A stretch of DNA of 11,327 nt from Gemmatimonadaceae bacterium (GTDB taxonomy: Bacteria; Gemmatimonadota; Gemmatimonadetes; Gemmatimonadales; Gemmatimonadaceae). Within the stretch, counting starts at the first letter, position 1; each line of letters opens with the position of its first letter. Location: positions 25,566 through 36,892 of the forward strand of contig JBBDYA010000042.1 of assembly GCA_040902005.1 (NCBI GenBank), in the 5' to 3' direction. This document shows positions 1-8,002 of the stretch, piece by piece. The position numbers and the translations under genes were made by a program. The notes beneath the pieces are model-generated. The model ran no database searches. It was not told the origin of the DNA and was given only the letters and a program-made list of their open reading frames with translations.

Positions 1-681
<681 letters not shown>

Positions 682-684
682 CCG

Positions 685-1998
685 ATGGCCACGACGAAAC
701 GCACCGTGGAAGTGGCGCTCTCCACCTCGGGGCTCGACGCGCAGGGGCGTCCCACCCGCGTGCCCCTGGTGACGGACGAATCCGGGAACATCCTGCCGAT
801 GGACGCGCCGCTCGGGCTCGAGCCCGAGCTGCCGGCCGAGCACATGCTCATCAACATCGGCCCGCAGCATCCCGCGACGCACGGCGTGCTGCGACTCGTG
901 CTCGAGCTGGACGGCGAGACCGTGGTGCGATGCATCCCCCACATCGGGTACCTGCATTGCGGCTTCGAGAAGATCGGCGAGTACCGGCAGTACAATCAGA
1001 TCATCCCGTGGACCGACCGCGAGGATTATCTGAACTCGCCAGGGAACAACGTCGCCTTCGCGCTCGGCGCGGAGCGGCTGTTCGGGATCGGGATGACGGA
1101 GCGCTGCAAGGTGCTGCGCGTCATCACCTGCGAGTTGTCCCGCATCATGTCGCACCTGGTGTGGGCTGGCACGACCTGCATCGACATCGGCGCGTTCACC
1201 CCGTTCCTCTGGATGTTCTACCAGCGCGAGCGGATCTACAAGCTGCTGGAGGACTGGGTCGGGGCGAGGCTCACCACGTCGCTCACGCGCGTGGGTGGGA
1301 TGGCCGCGGACGTCCCCGACGGCTGGGTGGATACGCTCAAGGGGTTCGTTCGCACGTTCCCGAAGACCCTGGCCGAGGTAGACGGGGTCATCACCCGGCA
1401 CGGCATCTGGATCGGCCGCACCATCGGTCTGGGCGTGATGAGTCCGGACGAGGCGGTGAATTATGGGCTCACGGGGCCGATGCTGCGCGCATCCGGCGTG
1501 GCGTACGACGTCCGGAAGGATTTTCCCTACCTCGATTACGAGACGTACGATTTCGACGTGCCCATCGGCACCAACGGCGACGTGTACGACCGCTACCTCG
1601 TGCGCATGGAGGAGATGCGCCAGTCGGTCCGCATCCTGGAGCAGGCCATCGCGCGCCTGCCGGACGGGCCCGTGAACGTGGACGACCACCGCGTGATCCT
1701 GCCGCCCAAGAGCAAGGCGACGAGCGACATGGAGTCCATGATCCATCACTTCAAGCAGGTGATGGAGGGACCACGACCGCCGGTGGGAGAGAGCTACGTG
1801 GCCGTCGAGAGCCCCAAGGGCGAGAAGGGCTACTATATGGTATCCGACGGCACGCCCAAGCCGGTGCGGTGGCGCATCCGGCCGCCATCGTTCGTGAACC
1901 TGTCAGCAATTCCGAAGATGGTGGAAGGCCACCTCCTGTCGGACGTCATCGCCATCAACGCCAGCATCGACATTGTCATGGGAGAGATTGACCGGTGA
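685..1998 (+). CDS. nuoD: NADH-quinone oxidoreductase subunit D (49-kDa, quinone-binding), 437 aa
   Basis: Motifs 'NIGPQHPATHGVLRL', 'GYLHCGFEK', 'TGPMLRASG', 'GDVYDRY..R..EM', 'ESPKGE' and C-terminal 'DIVMGEIDR'. Confidence 0.98.
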   Translation: MATTKRTVEVALSTSGLDAQGRPTRVPLVTDESGNILPMDAPLGLEPELPAEHMLINIGPQHPATHGVLRLVLELDGETVVRCIPHIGYLHCGFEKIGEYRQYNQIIPWTDREDYLNSPGNNVAFALGAERLFGIGMTERCKVLRVITCELSRIMSHLVWAGTTCIDIGAFTPFLWMFYQRERIYKLLEDWVGARLTTSLTRVGGMAADVPDGWVDTLKGFVRTFPKTLAEVDGVITRHGIWIGRTIGLGVMSPDEAVNYGLTGPMLRASGVAYDVRKDFPYLDYETYDFDVPIGTNGDVYDRYLVRMEEMRQSVRILEQAIARLPDGPVNVDDHRVILPPKSKATSDMESMIHHFKQVMEGPRPPVGESYVAVESPKGEKGYYMVSDGTPKPVRWRIRPPSFVNLSAIPKMVEGHLLSDVIAINASIDIVMGEIDR

Positions 1999-2495
1999 GC
2001 GCGCACACGGCCGGGCACTACGAGAAGGTGTTCGTCGGCGAACGCCGGAGGGAACTCGATGACGTGCTGTCGCGCTATCCCACGAAGATGGCCGCGCTGC
2101 TGCCCGCGCTCTGGATGGTGCAGAACGCGCACGGCTGGGTGAGCGAGGACGGAATGTCGGAGGTGGCCGAGGCGCTGGAGCTGACACCGGCGTACGTGAA
2201 GGGTGTGGTCACCTTCTACACCATGTATCATCAGCATCCTGTTGGCCGGCACTTCATCCAGGTGTGCACCACCTCGCCGTGCCAGATCTGCGGCGCGGAG
2301 GAAGTGCGCGACGCGTTTCTGCGCCATACCGGCTGCGAGGAGCTCGGCGTGACGTCCGCGGACGGGAAGTACACCGTCATCGAGGTCGAGTGCCTGGGTG
2401 CCTGCGGTTTCAACACGCCGGTCATGATCAACGAGCAGTTCATCGAGTCCGTGACGCCGGCCAAGGTGCCGGACATTCTCGGCGGACTGAAATAA
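1995..2495 (+). CDS. nuoE: NADH-quinone oxidoreductase subunit E (24-kDa, 2Fe-2S cluster N1a), 166 aa
   Basis: 'GVVTFYTMY' and N1a ligands C-TTSP-C-x36-C-LGA-C. The GTG start overlaps the nuoD TGA (GTGA), with GGAGAG upstream at 1981-1986. Confidence 0.97.
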   Translation: MSAHTAGHYEKVFVGERRRELDDVLSRYPTKMAALLPALWMVQNAHGWVSEDGMSEVAEALELTPAYVKGVVTFYTMYHQHPVGRHFIQVCTTSPCQICGAEEVRDAFLRHTGCEELGVTSADGKYTVIEVECLGACGFNTPVMINEQFIESVTPAKVPDILGGLK

Positions 2496-3808
2496 TGGGC
2501 TATCCGCACAAGTCTCATGCGCGCGAGAGCGCCGTGCTCTCGAAGCACTTCGGCAACCGTGAAGCGATCTCGCTCGACGGGTGGAAGAAACTCGGCGGCT
2601 ACAAGGCGCTCGAAGCGGCGCTGGGCATGTCCGCCGCCGACGTCGTGACCGTCGTCAAGGATTCGGGACTCCGGGGCCGCGGTGGCGCCGGCTTCCCCAC
2701 GGGCATGAAGTGGTCGTTCATGAAACCGGGCGACGGCAAGCCACACTACCTCGTGTGCAACGCCGACGAGTCGGAGCCCGGCACGTTCAAGGATCGCGAG
2801 ATCATGCGGTGGACGCCGCACGCCCTCATCGAAGGATGCGCGATCGGTTGTCACGCGATCGGCGCCGACACGTGCTACATCTACATCCGCGGGGAATTCA
2901 CGGAGCCGCTGGAGCGCGTGGAGTCGGCGCTCCGTGAGGCGCGGGCGGCGGGCCTCATCGGGCGCAACGCCATGGGGAGCGGCCGGACGATCAACATCTG
3001 GGTGCACAAGGGCGCCGGCGCGTACATCTGCGGCGAAGAGACCGCGATGATGAATTCGATCGAGGGACGCCGGGGCAATCCGCGCATCAAGCCGCCCTTT
3101 CCGGCCGTGGCGGGGGTCTTTGGCCAGCCCACCACGATCAACAACGTGGAGACGCTGGCCGCCGTGCCGCACATCATCAATCAGGGGGCGGCCTGGTACA
3201 GGAAGTTTTCACGCGCCGACAACCCCAAGAGCACCGGCACCAAGCTCTACTCGGTGTGCGGCAACGTCGCACGCCCCGGCAATTACGAAGTCGCGATGGG
3301 GTTTCCGTTCAAGGACTTCCTGTACGAGCTGTGCGGAGGCCCGCCGCCCGGCCGCAAGTTCAAGGCGATCATCCCCGGCGGCATCTCCGTCCCCATTCAG
3401 ACGATCGACGAGGCCGAAGCCTCGCTGATGGACTACGAGGGGTTCGTCGCCCATGGCACGATGCTGGGATCAGGCGGCGTCATCCTCGTGGACGACGCGC
3501 AGAACCTCGTGAAGTTCATCGCGCGGGCAGCGCGCTTTTTCGCGCACGAGAGCTGCGCGCAGTGCACGCAGTGTCGCGAAGGCACCGCGTGGACCACCAA
3601 GATCGTGGAGCGAATCGCGGCAGGCGATGGCAGCACGGAGGATCTCGATACGCTGCTCAGCATCGCGGACAACATGACCGGCAAGACCATCTGCGTCCTG
3701 AGTGACTCCTGCGCGACGCCGGTGGTCTCGGGCATCACCAAGTTCCGCGCGGACTTCGAGGCCCTGATCAAGCAGCGCAGGATCCACCCCGTGCCCGCCG
3801 TCGCATGA
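2495..3808 (+). CDS. nuoF: NADH-quinone oxidoreductase subunit F (FMN/NADH-binding, cluster N3), 437 aa
   Basis: 'SGLRGRGGAGFPTG', 'CNADESEPGTFKDR', 'GAGAYICGEETA', 'PTTINNVET' and N3 ligands 'ESCAQCTQCREG...TIC'. Start reassigned from the track's 2264 to ATG2495, which overlaps the nuoE stop (TAATG); the upstream part of that ORF is only a shadow of nuoE. Confidence 0.97.
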   Translation: MGYPHKSHARESAVLSKHFGNREAISLDGWKKLGGYKALEAALGMSAADVVTVVKDSGLRGRGGAGFPTGMKWSFMKPGDGKPHYLVCNADESEPGTFKDREIMRWTPHALIEGCAIGCHAIGADTCYIYIRGEFTEPLERVESALREARAAGLIGRNAMGSGRTINIWVHKGAGAYICGEETAMMNSIEGRRGNPRIKPPFPAVAGVFGQPTTINNVETLAAVPHIINQGAAWYRKFSRADNPKSTGTKLYSVCGNVARPGNYEVAMGFPFKDFLYELCGGPPPGRKFKAIIPGGISVPIQTIDEAEASLMDYEGFVAHGTMLGSGGVILVDDAQNLVKFIARAARFFAHESCAQCTQCREGTAWTTKIVERIAAGDGSTEDLDTLLSIADNMTGKTICVLSDSCATPVVSGITKFRADFEALIKQRRIHPVPAVA

Positions 3809-5391
3809 GCGCGCCCGCCACGACGCCGCAGACGGTCACCCTCACCATCGAAGGGCGCCAGGTGACCGTGCCCGCGGGCACGTCCATCCTGGAGGCGGCG
3901 AAGGCCGCCGGCATTCTCATCCCACACTACTGCTACCACCCCGGGCTTCCCGTGGCGGGGGTGTGCCGGATGTGCCTCGTGGAAGTGGAGAAGGCGCCCA
4001 AGCTGGCGCCGTCATGCGCCACGGCCGTGGCCGAGGGCCAGGTGGTGCACGTGCATTCGGAGAACGCGCTCGAGGCGCGCAAGGGCGTGCTCGAGATGCT
4101 GCTCATCAACCACCCACTGGACTGCCCGATCTGCGATCAGTCGGGTGAGTGCGAGCTCCAGGACTACACGTATCAGGAAGGCCGCGCCGAGGGGCGCCTG
4201 CGCGATCCCAAGCGCTTCAACCCCATGGAGGACTTCGGCGGGGACGTCATCTACGTCACCAACCGTTGCATCCTCTGCACCCGCTGCGTGCGCTTCATGG
4301 ACGACGTGGCCCAGGACCCCGTCCTGAACGTCAGCGAGCGCGGCGACCGCGCCGTCATCGGCAAGTTCGAGGGCGAGGACCTCACGCACCCATGGGCGGG
4401 AAACGTCATCGACCTCTGTCCGGTGGGTGCGCTGCTCTCCAAGGACTCGCTCAACAAGGCACGCGCGTGGGAGCTGGACCGTTCGGCATCGGTGTGCCCG
4501 AGCTGCTCGCAGGGCTGCAACATGATGATCGAAACACGCGACAACGTCGTGATGCGGTTGCGCCCGCGCCCGAACGAGGACGTAAATCACTATTTCATGT
4601 GCGACCACGGGCGGCTGAACTACTGGTGGATGAACCGCCAGGACCGCGTGGATGTCCCGCACGTGCGCGGCCCGGACGGGATGAAGGCCACGGATTGGGA
4701 TGGCGCCCTGGCCGCCGCCGCGAAACTGCTCGCCGGCAAGCGCGCCTTCGTGCTCGCGTCGCCGATGCTCTCCAACGAGGCGCTGTACCTGCTGGCGCGC
4801 CTCGCCAGGAAAACCGGCGGTGCGGGCGCGTTCCGGGTGCCGCAGGGTGACGAAGCGCCGCTGCCAGGCGTGGACGACCTCGCGTTGCGCGCAGACCGCG
4901 CCGCGAATGCGGCGGGTGCGGAGCTGGTGGGCTTCTCGCGGTCGGCATCGCCGCTCGCGGCCATGCAGGCGGGCGACGTGCTGATCGTCGCTGACGAGGA
5001 ACTCGCCGGGGTGGACGCGCCTCCCCCCAGCATCGCAGCGGCCAGCGCCGTGATCGTCATCGGCACGACCCTCCCGTCGTGGACCGTGAGCAAGACGGCC
5101 GTGGTGCTGCCCGTGGCCAACATGGCCGAGGAGGAGGGGACCTACACCAATCTGCGCGGTCGCGTGCAGCGGTTCATGCAGGCGAAGGCCGCGCCAGCGT
5201 TCGCCCGCCCCACGTGGTGGGTCCTGGCCGATCTCCTGTCCGCGCTCGGAGAACCATCGCAGTACTTCCTGGCCAGCGAAGTGTTCTCGGCGCTGGCGAA
5301 GGATGTGACACCCTTCGCGGGCCTGTCGTACGACACCCTCGGACACCGGGGACGCCCGATCGCTGGCGCCCGCGCTGGAGCGGCGTCGTGA
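3805..5391 (+). CDS. nuoG: NADH-quinone oxidoreductase subunit G, short form (528 aa; clusters N1b, N5, N4, N7)
   Basis: N1b 'CYHPGLPVAGVCRMC..PSC', N5 'HPLDCPICDQSGEC', N4 'CILCTRC...LCPVGAL', N7 'CPSCSQGC-x27-C', and C-terminal 'VVLP..EEEGTYTNLRGRVQR'. ATGA overlap with nuoF. Confidence 0.96.
   Translation: MSAPATTPQTVTLTIEGRQVTVPAGTSILEAAKAAGILIPHYCYHPGLPVAGVCRMCLVEVEKAPKLAPSCATAVAEGQVVHVHSENALEARKGVLEMLLINHPLDCPICDQSGECELQDYTYQEGRAEGRLRDPKRFNPMEDFGGDVIYVTNRCILCTRCVRFMDDVAQDPVLNVSERGDRAVIGKFEGEDLTHPWAGNVIDLCPVGALLSKDSLNKARAWELDRSASVCPSCSQGCNMMIETRDNVVMRLRPRPNEDVNHYFMCDHGRLNYWWMNRQDRVDVPHVRGPDGMKATDWDGALAAAAKLLAGKRAFVLASPMLSNEALYLLARLARKTGGAGAFRVPQGDEAPLPGVDDLALRADRAANAAGAELVGFSRSASPLAAMQAGDVLIVADEELAGVDAPPPSIAAASAVIVIGTTLPSWTVSKTAVVLPVANMAEEEGTYTNLRGRVQRFMQAKAAPAFARPTWWVLADLLSALGEPSQYFLASEVFSALAKDVTPFAGLSYDTLGHRGRPIAGARAGAAS
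5377..5380 (+). promoter_or_regulatory. Shine-Dalgarno for nuoH (GGAG, within the nuoG 3' end)
   Basis: GGAGcggcgtcGTG: 7-nt spacer to GTG5388. Confidence 0.6.
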
Positions 5392-6674
5392 CCGCGCCCA
5401 TGCTGGCACTGCTTCAGGCCGCGCCGCCGCAGCCCATGACCGTGTTCGTGGTCGCGACGATCGTGAAGATGATCGTCCTGTTCACCATCTACATGGTGGG
5501 CGTGGCCCTGCTCACGCTGGCCGAGCGCAAGGTGTCGGCGTGGATGCAGGACCGGCACGGGCCAAATCGGGTGGGCAAGGGGTGGCTGCAACCGGCGGCG
5601 GACGGGCTCAAGAACATCATGAAGGAAGAGACGTACCCGGGCGCCGCCTACCTGCCAATCTTCGTCCTCGCGCCCGCGCTGGCGTTCATTCCGGCGATGA
5701 TCGCGTGGGCGGTGATCCCGTTCGGCGCCGCGTGGGATTCGCCCTGGGGTCGGATCGACCTGGCGCTCGCCCCCATGCCGATCGGCTTCCTGTTCATTCT
5801 CGCCGTCACGTCGATCGGGGTCTACGGCATCGTGCTCGCCGGCTGGTCCTCCAACAACAAGTACTCGCTGCTCGGCGGCATCCGGTCCAGCGCCCAGATG
5901 GTCTCGTACGAGATCGCGATGGGCCTGTCCACGATTCCGGTCCTGCTGCTGGCCGGCAACGTGTCGCTCAGCCACATCGTGGACCAGCAGGCGGCCGTGG
6001 GCCCGCTGTCCTGGAACGCCGCGACTGCGACGATCGCGTGGATCATTTTCCTGATCGCCGCGTTCGCCGAAACCAATCGGCTGCCGTTCGACATGCCGGA
6101 GGCGGAAGCGGAACTGATCGCGGGGTATCACTCCGAATACAGCGCGATGAAGTTCTCGATGTTCTTCATCGCCGAATACGCGAACATGGTGACGGCCGGC
6201 GCGCTCATGGCGACGCTGTTCTTCGGCGGCTGGGACATTCCGTTCACGGCGTGGGACAACGTGGCGCCGCACACCGGAATCAAGACGCTGCTGACGACGC
6301 TGTTCTTCTTCGCGAAGATCATGTTCTTCGTCTTCGTGTACATGTGGGTCCGCTGGACGCTCCCGCGCTTCCGCTACGACCAGCTGATGGCGCTGGGCTG
6401 GAAGGTGCTGCTGCCGCTGTCGCTGGCGTACATCGTGGTCATGGCGAGCGCGATCCTGGGGCTGCAGCTGGCGGGACTCGCCGCGTCGTCGTGGCAGTTC
6501 AACGCGGCGCTGTTCGGACTCAACGTGCTGCTCGTGATCCTCCTCCTCTTCGTGTTCGATCGCGGCCGGATCGTGAGTCCGGCCTCGTCACGACTCGACC
6601 CACTCCAGGTGCGGAAGCTGCGCGCCGTCGCAATAGCGCGCGGGGCACACGACGCGCGCGTGGAGACCAGCTGA
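5388..6674 (+). CDS. nuoH: NADH-quinone oxidoreductase subunit H (ND1-like), about 428 aa
   Basis: 'ERKVSAWMQDRHGPNRVG', 'QPAADGLKNIMKE', 'GWSSNNKYSLLGG.RSSAQMVSYE', 'AETNRLPFDMPEAEAELIAGYHSEYS' and 'RWTLPRFRYDQLM'. Start reassigned from 5079 to GTG5388 (GTGA overlap with the nuoG stop, plus SD). ATG5400 is an alternative start. Confidence 0.96.
   Translation: MTAPMLALLQAAPPQPMTVFVVATIVKMIVLFTIYMVGVALLTLAERKVSAWMQDRHGPNRVGKGWLQPAADGLKNIMKEETYPGAAYLPIFVLAPALAFIPAMIAWAVIPFGAAWDSPWGRIDLALAPMPIGFLFILAVTSIGVYGIVLAGWSSNNKYSLLGGIRSSAQMVSYEIAMGLSTIPVLLLAGNVSLSHIVDQQAAVGPLSWNAATATIAWIIFLIAAFAETNRLPFDMPEAEAELIAGYHSEYSAMKFSMFFIAEYANMVTAGALMATLFFGGWDIPFTAWDNVAPHTGIKTLLTTLFFFAKIMFFVFVYMWVRWTLPRFRYDQLMALGWKVLLPLSLAYIVVMASAILGLQLAGLAASSWQFNAALFGLNVLLVILLLFVFDRGRIVSPASSRLDPLQVRKLRAVAIARGAHDARVETS
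6662..6665 (+). promoter_or_regulatory. Shine-Dalgarno for nuoI (GGAG, within the nuoH 3' end)
   Basis: GGAGaccagctgATG: 8-nt spacer to ATG6674. Confidence 0.6.
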
Positions 6675-7168
6675 TGGCCATCGGTGTGAAGGTCATGCAT
6701 CGCCCTGTGGAGCAGAGCAGCTATCTGCGCGCGACGCTCAAGGGGTTGGCGGCAACCGCCAAGCACCTGTTCAGCGAGAAGGTGACCATCCAGTATCCGG
6801 AGCAGAAATGGTCGCTGTCGCCGCGCTGGCGTGGCACGCACCGGATGCTCACCACCGAGGACGGCAAGGCCAAGTGCGTCGCCTGCGGCCTGTGCCCGTC
6901 CGTGTGCCCGGCAAACTGCATCAAGCTGGTGCCCGGTGAGGACGAGAAGGGCAACCGGTATCCGCTGGTGTTCGAGATCGACGAGTTCCGCTGCATCTTC
7001 TGCGGCTACTGCCAGGAGGTCTGCCCCGAAGAGGCGATCCATGTCGGGCGGCACTACGAGAACTCGGAGTACTCCCGTGAGGGGTTCGTGTACGATCTCG
7101 AGCGACTGATGGCCCAGACGCACCCGGTGTGCGAGATGTGGGATCCCGCCGACCCCAAGGGTGAGTGA
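6674..7168 (+). CDS. nuoI: NADH-quinone oxidoreductase subunit I (2x[4Fe-4S], N6a/N6b), 164 aa
   Basis: 'TIQYPE...RWRGTH' and two ferredoxin motifs, 'CVACGLCPSVCP' and 'CIFCGYCQEVCP'. Start reassigned from 5540 to ATG6674 (TGATG overlap with the nuoH stop). Confidence 0.97.
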   Translation: MAIGVKVMHRPVEQSSYLRATLKGLAATAKHLFSEKVTIQYPEQKWSLSPRWRGTHRMLTTEDGKAKCVACGLCPSVCPANCIKLVPGEDEKGNRYPLVFEIDEFRCIFCGYCQEVCPEEAIHVGRHYENSEYSREGFVYDLERLMAQTHPVCEMWDPADPKGE

Positions 7169-7719
7169 TGCCGGCCGGCGACTATCCGCTGTTCTACACG
7201 TTCCACTTCTATCTCTTCGGCATCATTGCCGTGGTGTCCGCGTTGCTTTTTGTCACGCGGAAGAATCCGGTGGCGGCCGCGCTGTGGCTGGTGAACGTCC
7301 TGTTCTGCCTCGCCGCGCTGTACGTGCTGCTGGACGCCCCGTTCATCGGCGCAATCCAGGTGCTGGTGTACGCGGGCGCGATCATGGTGGTGTTCCTCTT
7401 CGTGATCATGCTGCTCAATCTTGGCCATCCGGCGGAGCTCGCCGACGCCCGCGGCCTGGGCTGGAAGCTCACCGGCGGCCTGGTCGGCCTCGCGCTGCTG
7501 GCGGAGATCTTCGCGCTGACACGGGCCCGCCTCCCGCAGGGGCTGACGCTCCCCCAGGGCCTCGTGGCGCAGGACGTGGCGCGCGACGGCGCCATCGCGC
7601 CCGTGGCCCGGCTGCTGTTCACCGAGTATCTGCTCGCATTCGAGCTCACCAGCATTCTCCTGCTGACGGCGATCGTGGGCGCGGTGGTGCTCGCCAGGCG
7701 GAAATCCGATGCTGGCTGA
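7168..7719 (+). CDS. nuoJ: NADH-quinone oxidoreductase subunit J (ND6-like), about 183 aa
   Basis: Hydrophobic protein with 'KNPVAAAL', '[21 protein letters not shown]' and '[23 protein letters not shown]'. The start is ATG7168 (TGATG) or GTG7165 (GTGA); both overlap the nuoI stop. Confidence 0.95.
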   Translation: MPAGDYPLFYTFHFYLFGIIAVVSALLFVTRKNPVAAALWLVNVLFCLAALYVLLDAPFIGAIQVLVYAGAIMVVFLFVIMLLNLGHPAELADARGLGWKLTGGLVGLALLAEIFALTRARLPQGLTLPQGLVAQDVARDGAIAPVARLLFTEYLLAFELTSILLLTAIVGAVVLARRKSDAG

Positions 7720-8002
7720 ATCGCTCTTCTTCTCGGCCGTGCTCTTCACGATCGGTGTCGTGGGCGTGCTCACGCGCCGGAACGCGATCATCATCTTCAT
7801 GTGCGTCGAGCTGATGCTCAACGCGGTGAACCTGGCGTTCGTGGCCTTCGCGCAGGTGTACGGCGCGGCGGGGCAGGTGTTCGTGTTCTTCGTCATGACC
7901 GTGGCGGCCGCAGAGGCCGCGGTCGGACTGGCCATCGTGATCGCGCTGTTCCGACATAAGCAGACGGTCAATCTGCAACACATCAATCTGCTGAAAGGCT
8001 GA
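7709..8002 (+). CDS. nuoK: NADH-quinone oxidoreductase subunit K (ND4L-like), 97 aa
   Basis: Three predicted TM segments with '[17 protein letters not shown]' and '[11 protein letters not shown]', both conserved Glu present. Overlaps nuoJ by 11 nt. Confidence 0.97.
   Translation: MLAESLFFSAVLFTIGVVGVLTRRNAIIIFMCVELMLNAVNLAFVAFAQVYGAAGQVFVFFVMTVAAAEAAVGLAIVIALFRHKQTVNLQHINLLKG

Noticed and set aside
2264..2494. Apparent N-terminal extensions of NuoF (2264), NuoH (5079) and NuoI (5540) in the ORF track
   Set aside because: They overlap the upstream nuo gene out of frame. Stop-overlapping starts at 2495, 5388 and 6674 give proteins that begin where the family homology begins.
685..5391. Alternative identity as a group 4 [NiFe]-hydrogenase, formate dehydrogenase or Mrp-type complex
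   Set aside because: NuoD lacks the CxxC Ni-binding motifs and ends in GEIDR, NuoG carries the complex I cluster set, and the gene order is canonical nuoC to nuoM.
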